From NCBI GenBank assembly GCA_964372835.1, contig CAYJTJ010000004.1, positions 1-35,252 of the forward strand: DNA of 35,252 bases. The letters run 5' to 3'. Shown in pieces: positions 8,926-18,460 of this stretch. The position numbers and the translations under genes are program-made. The notes beneath the pieces are model-generated. The model did not search any database, was not told where the DNA came from, and saw nothing but the letters and a program-made list of their open reading frames with translations. The DNA is from an uncultured Nitrospirota bacterium (GTDB lineage: Bacteria; Nitrospirota; Nitrospiria; JACQBZ01). Every line of letters starts with the position of its first letter. Position 1 is the stretch's first letter.

Positions 8926-9363
8926 CTAACCGGATCCAAGATGTTGGATGGCCTTCCGGAGAATTTCGCGTTCGCTCTCAAAGTGAACGGCAGAAACGGC
9001 CTTTTCGGGGGAAAACCAGGCCGCGTCAAAAACCTCTTCATCGTGATCGGCCATGTTTCCTCGGACGTAATTCATCATAAAGAAATGGACGGTCTTGGTA
9101 ATATGGGCGCGATCCTCGCGCGAATAAAACTCGTACGAAATCTCGCCGAGCTTGGAGACGATATCCCCCTTAAGGCCGGTCTCCTCCATCACCTCCCGTA
9201 GCGCGGCGGCCTTAAGGCTTTCCCCGGGCTCGACCCATCCCTTCGGGAGGCCCCAGATCCGGCGTCCGTCCTTAAGGGCTTTTTGAATGAGGGCGACCTC
9301 GACGCCCTCCGGGCTTCTCCGGACGACGACACCGCCTGAGGAGGTCTGGGGAATAATTCTCAT
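8926..9363 (-). CDS. NUDIX hydrolase (Ap4A hydrolase/MutT-like)
   Basis: Intact Nudix box GWVEPGESLKAAALREVMEETGL; start placed downstream of the promoter at MRIIPQTSSGG. Confidence 0.88.
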   Translation of the reverse strand: MRIIPQTSSGGVVVRRSPEGVEVALIQKALKDGRRIWGLPKGWVEPGESLKAAALREVMEETGLKGDIVSKLGEISYEFYSREDRAHITKTVHFFMMNYVRGNMADHDEEVFDAAWFSPEKAVSAVHFESEREILRKAIQHLGSG

Positions 9364-9393
9364 TGCATTGAGGAGACCCATAAAGATGGTGAG

Positions 9394-9444
9394 ACTATAC
9401 CATGATAGGTTCGGTTTGACAAGATTGGCGGCTTCGTCTACGAT
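9394..9444. promoter_or_regulatory. Back-to-back sigma70 promoters with overlapping -35 boxes
   Basis: Plus: TTGACA(9416-9421)-17-TACGAT(9439-9444). Minus: TTGTCA(9422-9417)-17-TATAGT(9399-9394) with extended TG. Confidence 0.65.
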
Positions 9445-9451
9445 GCAGACC

Positions 9452-10930
9452 ATGGCGGAATATCTCGTTGGACTGGATCAGGGGAGCACGAGTTCAAAGG
9501 CCGTCCTGTTGGACCGACGGGGACGCATGGTGACCGCGGCCACGGCCCCGCTCAAGACCCGGCGACCCCGGCGGGGGTGGACCGAACACGATGCGGAAGA
9601 CCTGCTGGAGTCGGGGCTGTCGGCGCTTCGCCAGGTGGTGCGATCTCTAGGGCGTGGAGGGCATCGGGTCGCCGGGTTAGGAATTGCGTGCCAACGTTCG
9701 ACCTTCCTGCTTTGGGATCGGCAGACGGGGCGGCCGCTGGGCCCGGCCATCAGCTGGCAGGACCTCCGGGCGGAGGGCTTGACCCGACAGTGGGCGGGAC
9801 ATCGAGAGGTTATCCGGGCTAAGACCGGTCTGGCATTGTCTCCGCACTATGCCGCTCCAAAGATTCGGTGGCTTCTCAAGCAACATCGGGGTCTCCGGAC
9901 CGCGGCGGATCGGGGGCGGGTCCTCTGCGGGACGGTGAATTCGTTCTTCATCTGGCATCTGACGCGGGGCCGGACTTGGGCGACGGACCACACGAACGCG
10001 GCCCGCATGCTCCTGATGAACCTCGGAACCCTATCCTGGGATCCCGCCCTCCTTGATCTTTTCGGAATCCCAAAGGCCATGCTTCCCCCGATACGGCCCA
10101 CGATCGACGATTACGGGACGGCTCGTCTGGACGGGTGGACCCTCCCGATTCGGGCCAGCATCGGGGATCAGCAGGCGGCCCTCATTGGCCACGGGCTGAT
10201 TCGACGAGGAGAGGCCCTAATCAATTACGGCACGGGGGCCTTCGTGCTCGTTCCGACCGGCCGGATGAGAAAACGGATACCCGGTCTCCTGACCAGCGTG
10301 GCCTGGTCCGCAGCCGATCGACCGGAATACCTGGTCGAGGGAACCGTGAATTCCGCCGGTTCGGCCGTGCAATGGTTGAGGGAAGTCGGGCTCCTGAGAA
10401 CCGATGAAACGGTGGATTCGCTCTGCGGCCGATTGTCCCGTGATCCCGGGCGCGGGACCTTGGGGATTCCCGCCTTTGCCGGTCTGGGTCCGCCTCATGG
10501 GGACAGTGACCTACGCGCGGTCTTCTACGGGATCGATCTTAAAACCCGGCGGGCGGACATTGTTTTCGCCGTCATTGAGGGTGTCGCCCTCCTGGTTAAC
10601 GAGGTCCTCACCTTGATGGATAAGGATCGCTCAATCCGACCTGTCCGGCTCGTGGCCAGTGGCGGCATGAGCGAGGTGGCGTGTTTGCTTCAGGCGCAGG
10701 CGGACCTGTCCGGCCGCCCGGTTCGACGGGCCGTCTCGGGCGCCGCCACCGCGCGGGGCGCGGCGTTATTGGCCGGAATGGGAATAAAATGGTGGGGAAC
10801 ACGCGCAACCGGATTGCGTCCGATTCGTGGAACGGCGGCATTTAGACCCCGCCTCACGCGACGCGATAGACTGAAGGCGGTCGAACGATGGCGAAGACTC
10901 CTCGCGGCCGCAAGAGGAACGGAGCCGTAA
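9452..10930 (+). CDS. FGGY-family carbohydrate kinase (divergent glycerol-kinase-like)
   Basis: LDQGSTSSK, ISWQDLR, TDHTNAAR, GDQQAAL, NYGTGAF, PAFAGLG motifs. Confidence 0.85.
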   Translation: MAEYLVGLDQGSTSSKAVLLDRRGRMVTAATAPLKTRRPRRGWTEHDAEDLLESGLSALRQVVRSLGRGGHRVAGLGIACQRSTFLLWDRQTGRPLGPAISWQDLRAEGLTRQWAGHREVIRAKTGLALSPHYAAPKIRWLLKQHRGLRTAADRGRVLCGTVNSFFIWHLTRGRTWATDHTNAARMLLMNLGTLSWDPALLDLFGIPKAMLPPIRPTIDDYGTARLDGWTLPIRASIGDQQAALIGHGLIRRGEALINYGTGAFVLVPTGRMRKRIPGLLTSVAWSAADRPEYLVEGTVNSAGSAVQWLREVGLLRTDETVDSLCGRLSRDPGRGTLGIPAFAGLGPPHGDSDLRAVFYGIDLKTRRADIVFAVIEGVALLVNEVLTLMDKDRSIRPVRLVASGGMSEVACLLQAQADLSGRPVRRAVSGAATARGAALLAGMGIKWWGTRATGLRPIRGTAAFRPRLTRRDRLKAVERWRRLLAAARGTEP

Positions 10931-10958
10931 GGGATGGACGAAATGCGGATGCCATTTT

Positions 10959-12326
10959 TTATCCGGCATTCTTCTCTTGTGTATTTTCTTTGATGGTCAG
11001 CTCGTTTTTATGGGGAATTTCATCCAGGAAGTCTTTATTGATCAGGACCGTGTCCAACGGCGTGTTTCCCCGCGCGTAGAGCATTCCCTTCAGTTCGTTT
11101 CCCAATTGAAGCGACGCCAGGGTATGGTCGCTTAAATCCCCCAGGCGGATTTCGTATAGAGGCGGCTTAAGCCCGACCGAGCCCAGCCCCCGGATGGGGG
11201 CATCCGGGGCTTGGTGGGCCTTTAGATTTTTAATCTGTTCGATCAGGCGATGGACCCTGTCTTGAGCGATCGGGGGGCTTTCTCCTTCCAGTCTCCATTC
11301 CGAGTCCTTCCTGGCCAAAACGTATTTTTCCTGTGGAGTTTTTACCTCTATTTTGTAGATATCATTATCTAATAGTATCAATGTCTTATTCTTATAATTA
11401 AAAGTTTTAGATTGAAAACTGTCCAGAACGGACCTCCCCATGCGGTAGATCGGTTTTGTGGGCTCCGTAACGGCATAGACATAGGGCGACTCGGGGGAGT
11501 CGTAGAAGAAAATCCGCCGTTCTTCCTGGCCTTGGCGGAGGGTGATGGCAATGATCGGACGCTTGAACCTTCCCTTGATCTGTTCGAACTCCTCGCCCGG
11601 GTCAATGAAGAAGTTGGCCCGAAGATTCTCGATCGCCAGGAGAAGAGCCTTCACCGCTTCATCGTCCGCACCGGCCTCGACCGGCTCCTTCAATTCCCAA
11701 TGCTCTCCCTGTTTGGTGAGTTGGATCCGGGTTTTTGGGAACTCGAGCCGGACCAAGTTAATGAGCGTATGATCTACGGGAAGGACGATCTTGGTCCGAA
11801 AATCAAAGACCGTTTTAGAGAGCGCCGCCTTGATCCATGCCTGGGTGAGAACGACTTTTTGGTTCGACTCCCGTTCCACGAATAGTGTGTTCGGGAGAGG
11901 GCCCTCGTCCCCAATGAGGAGACGTTCGGAGCGATCGGGAAGCCTGACCGTAATGTCGAGAGTCGGCCGGGCCAGACCGAACTCGGCCGGATGTGCGACG
12001 GGTTCTTCGATCACCCGATCAAACCGGATATCGGATAGTGTGTTTAAATAGCCATGGACCTCTCGCGGGTCGGCGTCGCTTTCGATGGGCCGGATCAATC
12101 GCCATGTCCCGTTTTCCGACTTCTCGAGCTGGATGGGGTCCGACAGGGTTCGTATGAGGAGACCCAATGCCTCCTTGCCGTCAAAGACAAACAGCCGATC
12201 GGCCGTTTCCTCGGCCTGTCGGGACTTTCTTTCCCTCGGAAACTCAACGGATACGAGATAGATCCCGAGCGCGATGAGAAGGCCGGCGAGAATGAGCGTA
12301 GGCCGGTATGGGGATCGCGTCGACAT
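10959..12326 (-). CDS. DUF4340-repeat periplasmic protein of the Gld-like ABC system
   Basis: N-terminal TM; repeated W-x-L-x-x-P...AD and FGL-x-x-P modules; last gene of the ABC operon. Confidence 0.75.
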   Translation of the reverse strand: MSTRSPYRPTLILAGLLIALGIYLVSVEFPRERKSRQAEETADRLFVFDGKEALGLLIRTLSDPIQLEKSENGTWRLIRPIESDADPREVHGYLNTLSDIRFDRVIEEPVAHPAEFGLARPTLDITVRLPDRSERLLIGDEGPLPNTLFVERESNQKVVLTQAWIKAALSKTVFDFRTKIVLPVDHTLINLVRLEFPKTRIQLTKQGEHWELKEPVEAGADDEAVKALLLAIENLRANFFIDPGEEFEQIKGRFKRPIIAITLRQGQEERRIFFYDSPESPYVYAVTEPTKPIYRMGRSVLDSFQSKTFNYKNKTLILLDNDIYKIEVKTPQEKYVLARKDSEWRLEGESPPIAQDRVHRLIEQIKNLKAHQAPDAPIRGLGSVGLKPPLYEIRLGDLSDHTLASLQLGNELKGMLYARGNTPLDTVLINKDFLDEIPHKNELTIKENTQEKNAG

Positions 12327-12354
12327 CCTTAAGGGTTTCCTTGGGTCCGCGGAC

Positions 12355-13962
12355 CTACAGATGGCGTCGGCGCCTCCGGATGAAGATCCCGGCGATCACG
12401 GTGGCCCCCGGCAGTAGGATGAGGGAAACGTACATCAGAATCTTTCCCTGAGAGCTGGTTAAGAACAGGGGGGTGAAGCTGGGTTCCTTCGGACGGATGG
12501 AGATCAGACCCTTTTCCTGGGCAAGCCAATTGATCGTGTTCAGTAGGAGATCGCCGTTCCCCGAGAAGTTAAAGGAGGCATTGGCGGCGAAGTCTGAATC
12601 GCCGAAGAGGACGAGGGTAGGGCGTGAGGGGTCCCGTCCGGTCTCATCGGGGACCGTTCCCGGGATTCCCGAGTCGGACTCGGGATCATGGGCCTGCGCG
12701 TCCGAGGCCCGGGCCCGCCGGGTGAGGACGGCGGCGATGGTGAGGGGCCCCCGGATGTCTTCGGCCGGATTGAAGTTCAGTTGCCCGCTCCGAAGGTTCC
12801 TCTTCATCCAGCTGTTGTCGCCTGAATTAGCGAGAGGCATGAACTCGATCTCGGCCGCTCGGCCGTTATCGAACTCGATTCCCTGGGAAACGGGGAAAAA
12901 CGTGGCCAGGTGAAACTCCTGTGTAATTTCGTGCGGAGGGTATTGAGTCACGACCGGAATTGTAAAATCACCCCCCAGAAGGCGGGAGAGCGTGTCGATG
13001 ATTACGCCCTGACCCATCTTGACTCCCCATTCCGATAAGAAATCATCCATCCGGGCGGGGACATCGGGATCCAAGAGCAATAGGACCTTCCCGCCTTTGG
13101 AAAGGTATTCTGAAAGGGCGGATTTCTCCTGCGGTAGAATACCCTTCTGCGGGCCCGCGATGACGAGCACCGAGGTGCCTTCCGGGACCGTTCCCTGTTC
13201 GAGCAGCGACAGGCTCTCGATCTCGAATCCCTGTTTTTGAAGGGCTTCGCGGACTTGCGAATAGCCTGCTTTTTCCGGGTCGGCGGGGCTGTGCTCTCCG
13301 TGATCTTCAAGGAAGAGGATCTTTCTCCGTTCGTCCTTGCTGACCCGAATGATCGCGTTCGTCAGCTCCTGTTCGGTGGCCGATTTCACCTGGGTTTCCT
13401 GTTGTCCGGATTCCAAGACCAGGGTGTCGTACTGGGTAATCCCGTACTGTTTGGCGATCGCCGGTTTCTTATCGGGATCAATCAGCGTGAACGAGATATG
13501 GGAAGTATGGTAACGATAATTATTCATCAGATCCTCAATCTGAGGGCGGGTCCGCCCCTGTTCCGATACGAATGCCATGATCCGGACGTCGCGTTCAAGG
13601 TTCTTGAGGACCAGAAGCGTCTGGGGGGCCAGGGTAAAACGCTCGGTTTCGGAAAAGTCCATTCGGAAAGGATGCCGGCTCGAAATGAAATTCAGGATGA
13701 TAAGAATCGATAGAATGATCGCGACCATTAAAACGCTGTTAAAGCCGAGTTTCGTGGACCTCCGGGTGGAGAAAGATTTCAGCGATTCGAACCGGAGCCT
13801 AAAGAAAAGGACAAGAAGGCCCGCCGATAGAATCAAAAGGAGAGTGATGGCGATCCTCCAGCTTGGATTAAATTCAAAAAGAATAAAAGCGGCCGCGGCG
13901 GCCGCCAGTCCCGACCCGCCCGATATTTTCGCCACCCACTTCATCCGTTCCATTTCCCGCAT
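12355..13962 (-). CDS. GldG-like ABC transporter auxiliary membrane protein
   Basis: RMDFSETERFTL, FLEDHGE, LVIAGP, YLSKGGKVLLLLDP, GDSDF, NTINWL; N- and C-terminal TMs. Start could be a few codons downstream. Confidence 0.85.
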   Translation of the reverse strand: MREMERMKWVAKISGGSGLAAAAAAFILFEFNPSWRIAITLLLILSAGLLVLFFRLRFESLKSFSTRRSTKLGFNSVLMVAIILSILIILNFISSRHPFRMDFSETERFTLAPQTLLVLKNLERDVRIMAFVSEQGRTRPQIEDLMNNYRYHTSHISFTLIDPDKKPAIAKQYGITQYDTLVLESGQQETQVKSATEQELTNAIIRVSKDERRKILFLEDHGEHSPADPEKAGYSQVREALQKQGFEIESLSLLEQGTVPEGTSVLVIAGPQKGILPQEKSALSEYLSKGGKVLLLLDPDVPARMDDFLSEWGVKMGQGVIIDTLSRLLGGDFTIPVVTQYPPHEITQEFHLATFFPVSQGIEFDNGRAAEIEFMPLANSGDNSWMKRNLRSGQLNFNPAEDIRGPLTIAAVLTRRARASDAQAHDPESDSGIPGTVPDETGRDPSRPTLVLFGDSDFAANASFNFSGNGDLLLNTINWLAQEKGLISIRPKEPSFTPLFLTSSQGKILMYVSLILLPGATVIAGIFIRRRRRHL

Positions 13963-13968
13963 TCCCCG

Positions 13969-14739
13969 CTATTTCCAGCGATGCGACTCCAGGACCCGGT
14001 GTGTGAGAAACAGACCGAAAAGGACCAGGGTAGCTTGGTAGACGAGATCCCGGGTGTCGATGACCCCCTTGATGAAGTTTTGGGTATGCTCACCGATGGA
14101 GAGAAAGGTGAACAGCGGCGCCAGAACCGTGTCGGTCATTCCCTGAGCCAACCAACCGATCAGCCACAGAATCAGGATGATGCCGAAATTTACCGAGCTG
14201 GCGATAATCTGATTTTCGGTCAGGGCGGAAGCGAATAGGCCGACCGCGATGAAAACCCCCCCCACCAGCCACACCCCGAGGTACCCCGTCAAGATCGGGA
14301 CCCATTGAATGGAACCGAATATCCCCATCAGGATCGGCATATAAAACGTAAGGAGCAGCATGAGGGTGAAGACGACCATCGCGGCCATGAACTTCCCGAC
14401 AATGATGGAGGACAGGGAGAGGGGGGAGGTCATCAGGAGTTCCAGCGTCCGCACCTTTTTTTCCTCGGAGAAGAGACGCATCGTCAGCAGGGGAAGCGTG
14501 AGCATCAGAATAACGGTCATATTATGAAACGTGGGGCGAAATACGATCTCGTTCAGATTGATCTGGGGAAGGGCACCCTGGGTTCTCATGATTTGGACGC
14601 TTTGCGTGCTCGCGAAAATGACGATGTTGTAGTAGAGATAGCCCGTAATCAGAACGAAAACGGCCGACACCACGTAAGCAATCGGGGTCGTAAAATATAT
14701 CCGTAACTCCTTCTCCATGATGGCGAACGCGCTTTTCAT
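13969..14739 (-). CDS. ABC-2 permease (GldF-like)
   Basis: KELRIYFTTPIAY, TMRLFSEEKK, ELLMTSP, SALTENQIIA; six TMs. Confidence 0.9.
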   Translation of the reverse strand: MKSAFAIMEKELRIYFTTPIAYVVSAVFVLITGYLYYNIVIFASTQSVQIMRTQGALPQINLNEIVFRPTFHNMTVILMLTLPLLTMRLFSEEKKVRTLELLMTSPLSLSSIIVGKFMAAMVVFTLMLLLTFYMPILMGIFGSIQWVPILTGYLGVWLVGGVFIAVGLFASALTENQIIASSVNFGIILILWLIGWLAQGMTDTVLAPLFTFLSIGEHTQNFIKGVIDTRDLVYQATLVLFGLFLTHRVLESHRWK

Positions 14740-15710
14740 CCGGCCCCCCCCGACGCACGATCCCGGGCGGACCTTTCCTGATCCTCTTCCTCGGTCAGTT
14801 TGAGGTAGACGTCTTCAAGTGAAAGGCTGAGGGAGCGGAGTTCCAGCAGCCCCCAGCCCTGTTGAACGGCCAGGGAGGCGATCTCGGGGCGCAGGTCCCG
14901 CCCCAGTGCGCATTCCACCGTGAAGGCCGGTCCATCGGATGGGTCCTCCGGGTAGGCGGAAAGAACACCCGGGAGGGTTTTCAAACGATCCGCGGCGTCA
15001 GCGGGAGGCGTCTTGAGCTGAATCCGGATTTTATCCGATTTTCGAATCTGGGTCGAGAGACGCTCCTGCGTGTCGACCGCCACGATTTTTCCCTCGTGGA
15101 TGATGATCACCCGTTGGCAGGTGGCCGTCGCTTCGGAGAGGATGTGGGTGCTGAGAATGATGGTGTGTTGTCCCGCGAGCTCCTTGATCACCTGGCGAAC
15201 CTCGATGATCTGTTTGGGATCGAGGCCGGTCGTCGGTTCATCCAGGATAAGGACCTCCGGGTTATGAATGAGGGCCTGGGCCAGTCCGACCCGCTGACGG
15301 AACCCCCGGGAGAGGTTACCGATTAGGCGGTCCTTGACGCCGGTCAGCGCGCATTTTTCCAGAACCCCCCCGAGGGCGCTTGATCGGACCTTTCGGTCCA
15401 CCCCCTTGATCTTGGCCACGAACAGGAGATATTCGGAAACGGTCATTTCATGATAGAGGGGAGGCCGCTCCGGCAGGTAGCCGATACGTTTCTTGGCCTC
15501 ATGAGAATCCTCAAAGATATCGTATCCGGCGATGGCGGCGGTTCCGCTCGTGGCCGGGATGAATCCGGTCAGGATACGCATCGTGGTGGTCTTGCCCGCT
15601 CCATTGGGGCCGAGGAAGGCGAGGACCTCCCCCTTTTCCACCTTGAAGGTGACGTCCTTAATAGCGAGAAGTTCCCCGTACCGTTTTGTCAAATTCTGGA
15701 CGTTAATCAT
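14736..15710 (-). CDS. ABC transporter ATP-binding subunit (GldA-like)
   Basis: Walker A GPNGAGKT, signature LSRGFRQR, Walker B LILDEP; ATGA overlap with the permease. Confidence 0.93.
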   Translation of the reverse strand: MINVQNLTKRYGELLAIKDVTFKVEKGEVLAFLGPNGAGKTTTMRILTGFIPATSGTAAIAGYDIFEDSHEAKKRIGYLPERPPLYHEMTVSEYLLFVAKIKGVDRKVRSSALGGVLEKCALTGVKDRLIGNLSRGFRQRVGLAQALIHNPEVLILDEPTTGLDPKQIIEVRQVIKELAGQHTIILSTHILSEATATCQRVIIIHEGKIVAVDTQERLSTQIRKSDKIRIQLKTPPADAADRLKTLPGVLSAYPEDPSDGPAFTVECALGRDLRPEIASLAVQQGWGLLELRSLSLSLEDVYLKLTEEEDQERSARDRASGGAG

Positions 15711-15900
15711 TCCAAGCCAGGCCGTGAAAGAGAGTGATCGTTCGATTCCTCGTCGGATCGAATCGCTCCCGCTGCGATCCCAAGGAAAATTATCTGCTTC
15801 ATGTTATCGAGGGAGGCGTTTGGGATAACCGGCGCCGGAGTCTTGGAACAAAACGCCGGTGGGCTGGATCCGATTTCCTGCCGTGGTTGATGGATTACAA

Positions 15901-15928
15901 ATTATAATACCCGAGCTTCAATTGTCAA
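15901..15928 (-). promoter_or_regulatory. Consensus sigma70 promoter for the ABC operon
   Basis: Minus strand TTGACA-16 bp-TATAAT. Confidence 0.7.
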
Positions 15929-16005
15929 TAGGTCGCCCATCACTCGGGGTGGGAAAGGCGGGAGGGCCTCGGTTCGATGATCTGATCCCGGGACCGGATG
16001 GCCCG

Positions 16006-17460
16006 CTACTCGCTCCGGACGGGCAGCGAGATGATAAAGCAGGCGCCGTGACCGCTTTCGCTCTCGACACGGATCTTGCCCGTGTGCTGTTTGAGGATTC
16101 CATAAACGAGAGCCAGACCGAGGCCGGTTCCCTTTCCCACCTCCTTTGTGGTGAAGAAAGGTTCGAAGAGTTTGGGGAGGTGTTCGGGCTTGATTCCCGG
16201 GCCGTCGTCCCGGAAGGAAATACTAATCTCGTTGGAGGCTTCCAGACGTGTGGTCACGACGATCTCGCCGCGATCCCGGCTTTCCAAAATGGCTTGTTCC
16301 GCATTCAGGAGAATATTGAGGAAGACCTGCTCCATTTCATGTTCGTCGATTACGGTCAGGGGGAGTCTCGGATCAAGATGCTTGACCAGGTTGATGTTAT
16401 TTACGCGGAGCTGGTATTCGCGAAGGGCCAGTGTCCGATCCACGACATGGTTGATATCGGAGGGCTGACGAGAAGGTTCTTCCTGGCGACTGAACCGGAG
16501 CAGGTTCTGGATGATACGACGAGCGCGTTCGGCTTCCTGGTAAATCCGTTCAAGATCGAAGCGATGCGATGCATCCAATTGAGACTGGTCCTTCAGAATC
16601 TCGGCAAATCCAAGGATGCTGGTGAGGGGATTGTTGAGTTCGTGCGCGACGCCGGCCACGAGCTGGCCCACGGCCGCCATCTTTTCAGACTGGACCAGTT
16701 GGGCCTGGGCCTGCTTGAGCGCCTCCAAACGGGATTCCAGGGACTGGAAGTTTTTCGTATTTTCAATCGCGATCGCTAGATGATTGGAGTAGATCGTCAG
16801 AATCTGGGCGTCATACGAGGTGAAGGGATCCCCTCGGCGGAAGGCCAGAATCCCGCCAATCATGCCGCCATCCCCGAAGAGAGGAATCCCCAGAGCCGTT
16901 GTCATCTCGAGGTTTCCGATCAGATCGGTCGAGAAGGGAGATTCGGACCGAAGGTCTGCGGCCACGAGCGGCTGCTGGTGTCGGATAAGCCACTGGCAGA
17001 GTCCGCTATTCTCGGTGGGAAGCGTTTGCCCCTTCAGGATTTCGCTCAACCGACCATAGGCATCCGCATAGGTGAAGGTGCCGTCCCCGTTGCAGATTGG
17101 AAGGGCGACGACATCCGCCTGAACAAGACCTTGAGCGATTTTCACTCCGGCGGAATAGATTTCCTCGAGTCGCCCCTTGGCCATCATCGAGGCGACGATC
17201 TTTCCGCTCTCGATGAGCTGATTGAAATCGAGAAGCTGCTGCTGGAGGCGTCGGGAAAGCGTCTCGTTCTCGACGGAACTGAGCCATTGACGGATGGCGA
17301 TCAGAATAAGAAGGGTGGGCGATCCGATGGTCACCGCCCTTCTAAGATTTTCCGGACCGGCCAGCGTAACGGCCAACAGGAGGATCGCGACGAAAACCGC
17401 CCCGAGTGCCAAAATGAAAGGGGCCGAAAGTTGCGGGATCCCGTTCTTTTTCTCAAGCAC
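16006..17460 (-). CDS. Sensor histidine kinase (2 TM + GAF + HisKA + HATPase)
   Basis: H-box AHELNNPL, N-box NILLNAEQA, DDGPGI, FFTTKEVGKGTGLGL; GAF region; GTG start after GGAGG. Confidence 0.9.
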   Translation of the reverse strand: MLEKKNGIPQLSAPFILALGAVFVAILLLAVTLAGPENLRRAVTIGSPTLLILIAIRQWLSSVENETLSRRLQQQLLDFNQLIESGKIVASMMAKGRLEEIYSAGVKIAQGLVQADVVALPICNGDGTFTYADAYGRLSEILKGQTLPTENSGLCQWLIRHQQPLVAADLRSESPFSTDLIGNLEMTTALGIPLFGDGGMIGGILAFRRGDPFTSYDAQILTIYSNHLAIAIENTKNFQSLESRLEALKQAQAQLVQSEKMAAVGQLVAGVAHELNNPLTSILGFAEILKDQSQLDASHRFDLERIYQEAERARRIIQNLLRFSRQEEPSRQPSDINHVVDRTLALREYQLRVNNINLVKHLDPRLPLTVIDEHEMEQVFLNILLNAEQAILESRDRGEIVVTTRLEASNEISISFRDDGPGIKPEHLPKLFEPFFTTKEVGKGTGLGLALVYGILKQHTGKIRVESESGHGACFIISLPVRSE

Positions 17461-18319
17461 GGGAGGCCTCCGCTTCCATGCCTTTCGAATCGAAACCGAT
17501 TCGGACCGCCCCCAGGCCGATTAAGAGGAACGCTCCGACCCAAAGCGGATCCAGAATGCTTCCAACCACGTAGCCCCCCGAAACGATCGGAACGAGATAG
17601 CCGGTATTCGCCACGGAATAGACGACCATTCCCATCATCACCCATCCCAAGGCCTGCCGATGCGCCGTTTCCTCGGTCCGTCCCCGGACGATCCAAAGGA
17701 TGTAGCATGCGGTGATGGGAACGATGGGGTAGAATAGAGCCGCCGCCTTTCCGAGAATCGAAACGTTGGATTCGTCCAGGGCTTCAAAGAACAGGACCAG
17801 TAGTGAGAGGGCCAGTATATTGATCAGGATCAGACTGTCGAGCAGGAGCTTGGACCGTTGGAAGGAAAATGGGGTCGAATCCACAACAAAGAAGGAACCC
17901 GCAAGGATCAGAATACCGAAGGCGGTATATCCGAGGTCGGCGATGGAGGGAAACGGCGTAATCCATCCCAGCAGAAGTTCATAAACATTCCAGGCGACCA
18001 TTCCCAGGCTCCAGGTCAGGCACCCCAAACCAAATAGAAACCAGGCGGCTCTTTTTCCAGAGATGATATTTCGGGTCACGGCGAGGCAGATCAGGCCGGC
18101 TCCAAGGGAAACCGCCGTCCACCAGAGATCCGTCCACCAGTGAAGCGAGGCGGTGCGTGCGAAGAGGAATTGGTTTCCGATGGTGAATACAAGGAAGATC
18201 GAAACCGCGGTGAACGCGGCCGCCTTGAACGCCGCCCGATGTCGAGGGGTATTTACGGCTTCGTGATCCAAAAGGCCCTTCTTCGGGTCTGCCAAGGGAC
18301 CGGTCCCAAATTCGGCCAT
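17453..18319 (-). CDS. Multi-TM membrane sensor domain protein; probable detached N-terminal part of the adjacent kinase
   Basis: About 8 TMs with PFPSIADLGY, LLDSLI, YPI, LDPLW motifs seen in membrane sensor domains of kinases and GGDEF proteins; 8-nt overlap with the kinase. Confidence 0.75.
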   Translation of the reverse strand: MAEFGTGPLADPKKGLLDHEAVNTPRHRAAFKAAAFTAVSIFLVFTIGNQFLFARTASLHWWTDLWWTAVSLGAGLICLAVTRNIISGKRAAWFLFGLGCLTWSLGMVAWNVYELLLGWITPFPSIADLGYTAFGILILAGSFFVVDSTPFSFQRSKLLLDSLILINILALSLLVLFFEALDESNVSILGKAAALFYPIVPITACYILWIVRGRTEETAHRQALGWVMMGMVVYSVANTGYLVPIVSGGYVVGSILDPLWVGAFLLIGLGAVRIGFDSKGMEAEASRA

Positions 18320-18390
18320 TGGAATGATACACGGTCGAGCCCGGGGACGCGGGGAGAAATTAAGAACCGACGATACGGAAAACTACCTAA

Positions 18391-18419
18391 AATATACCAT
18401 GGAAGATTAACGTTGTCAA
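18391..18419 (-). promoter_or_regulatory. Putative sigma70 promoter of the sensor genes
   Basis: Minus strand TTGACA-17 bp-TATATT with extended TG. Confidence 0.65.
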
Positions 18420-18460
18420 ACCTTTCGGGCAGGCTACTCGCGAGAAATTAGGGTACGAAC

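Noticed and set aside
10959..15710. Gld-like ABC operon as evidence of gliding motility
   Set aside because: GldAFG-like transporters with DUF4340 are widespread in non-gliding bacteria, and no motor genes are present here.
17453..17475. prfB-like programmed +1 frameshift joining sensor and kinase
   Set aside because: The codon before TGA is GCT, which cannot re-pair with CTT, and the SD spacing does not match the prfB signal.
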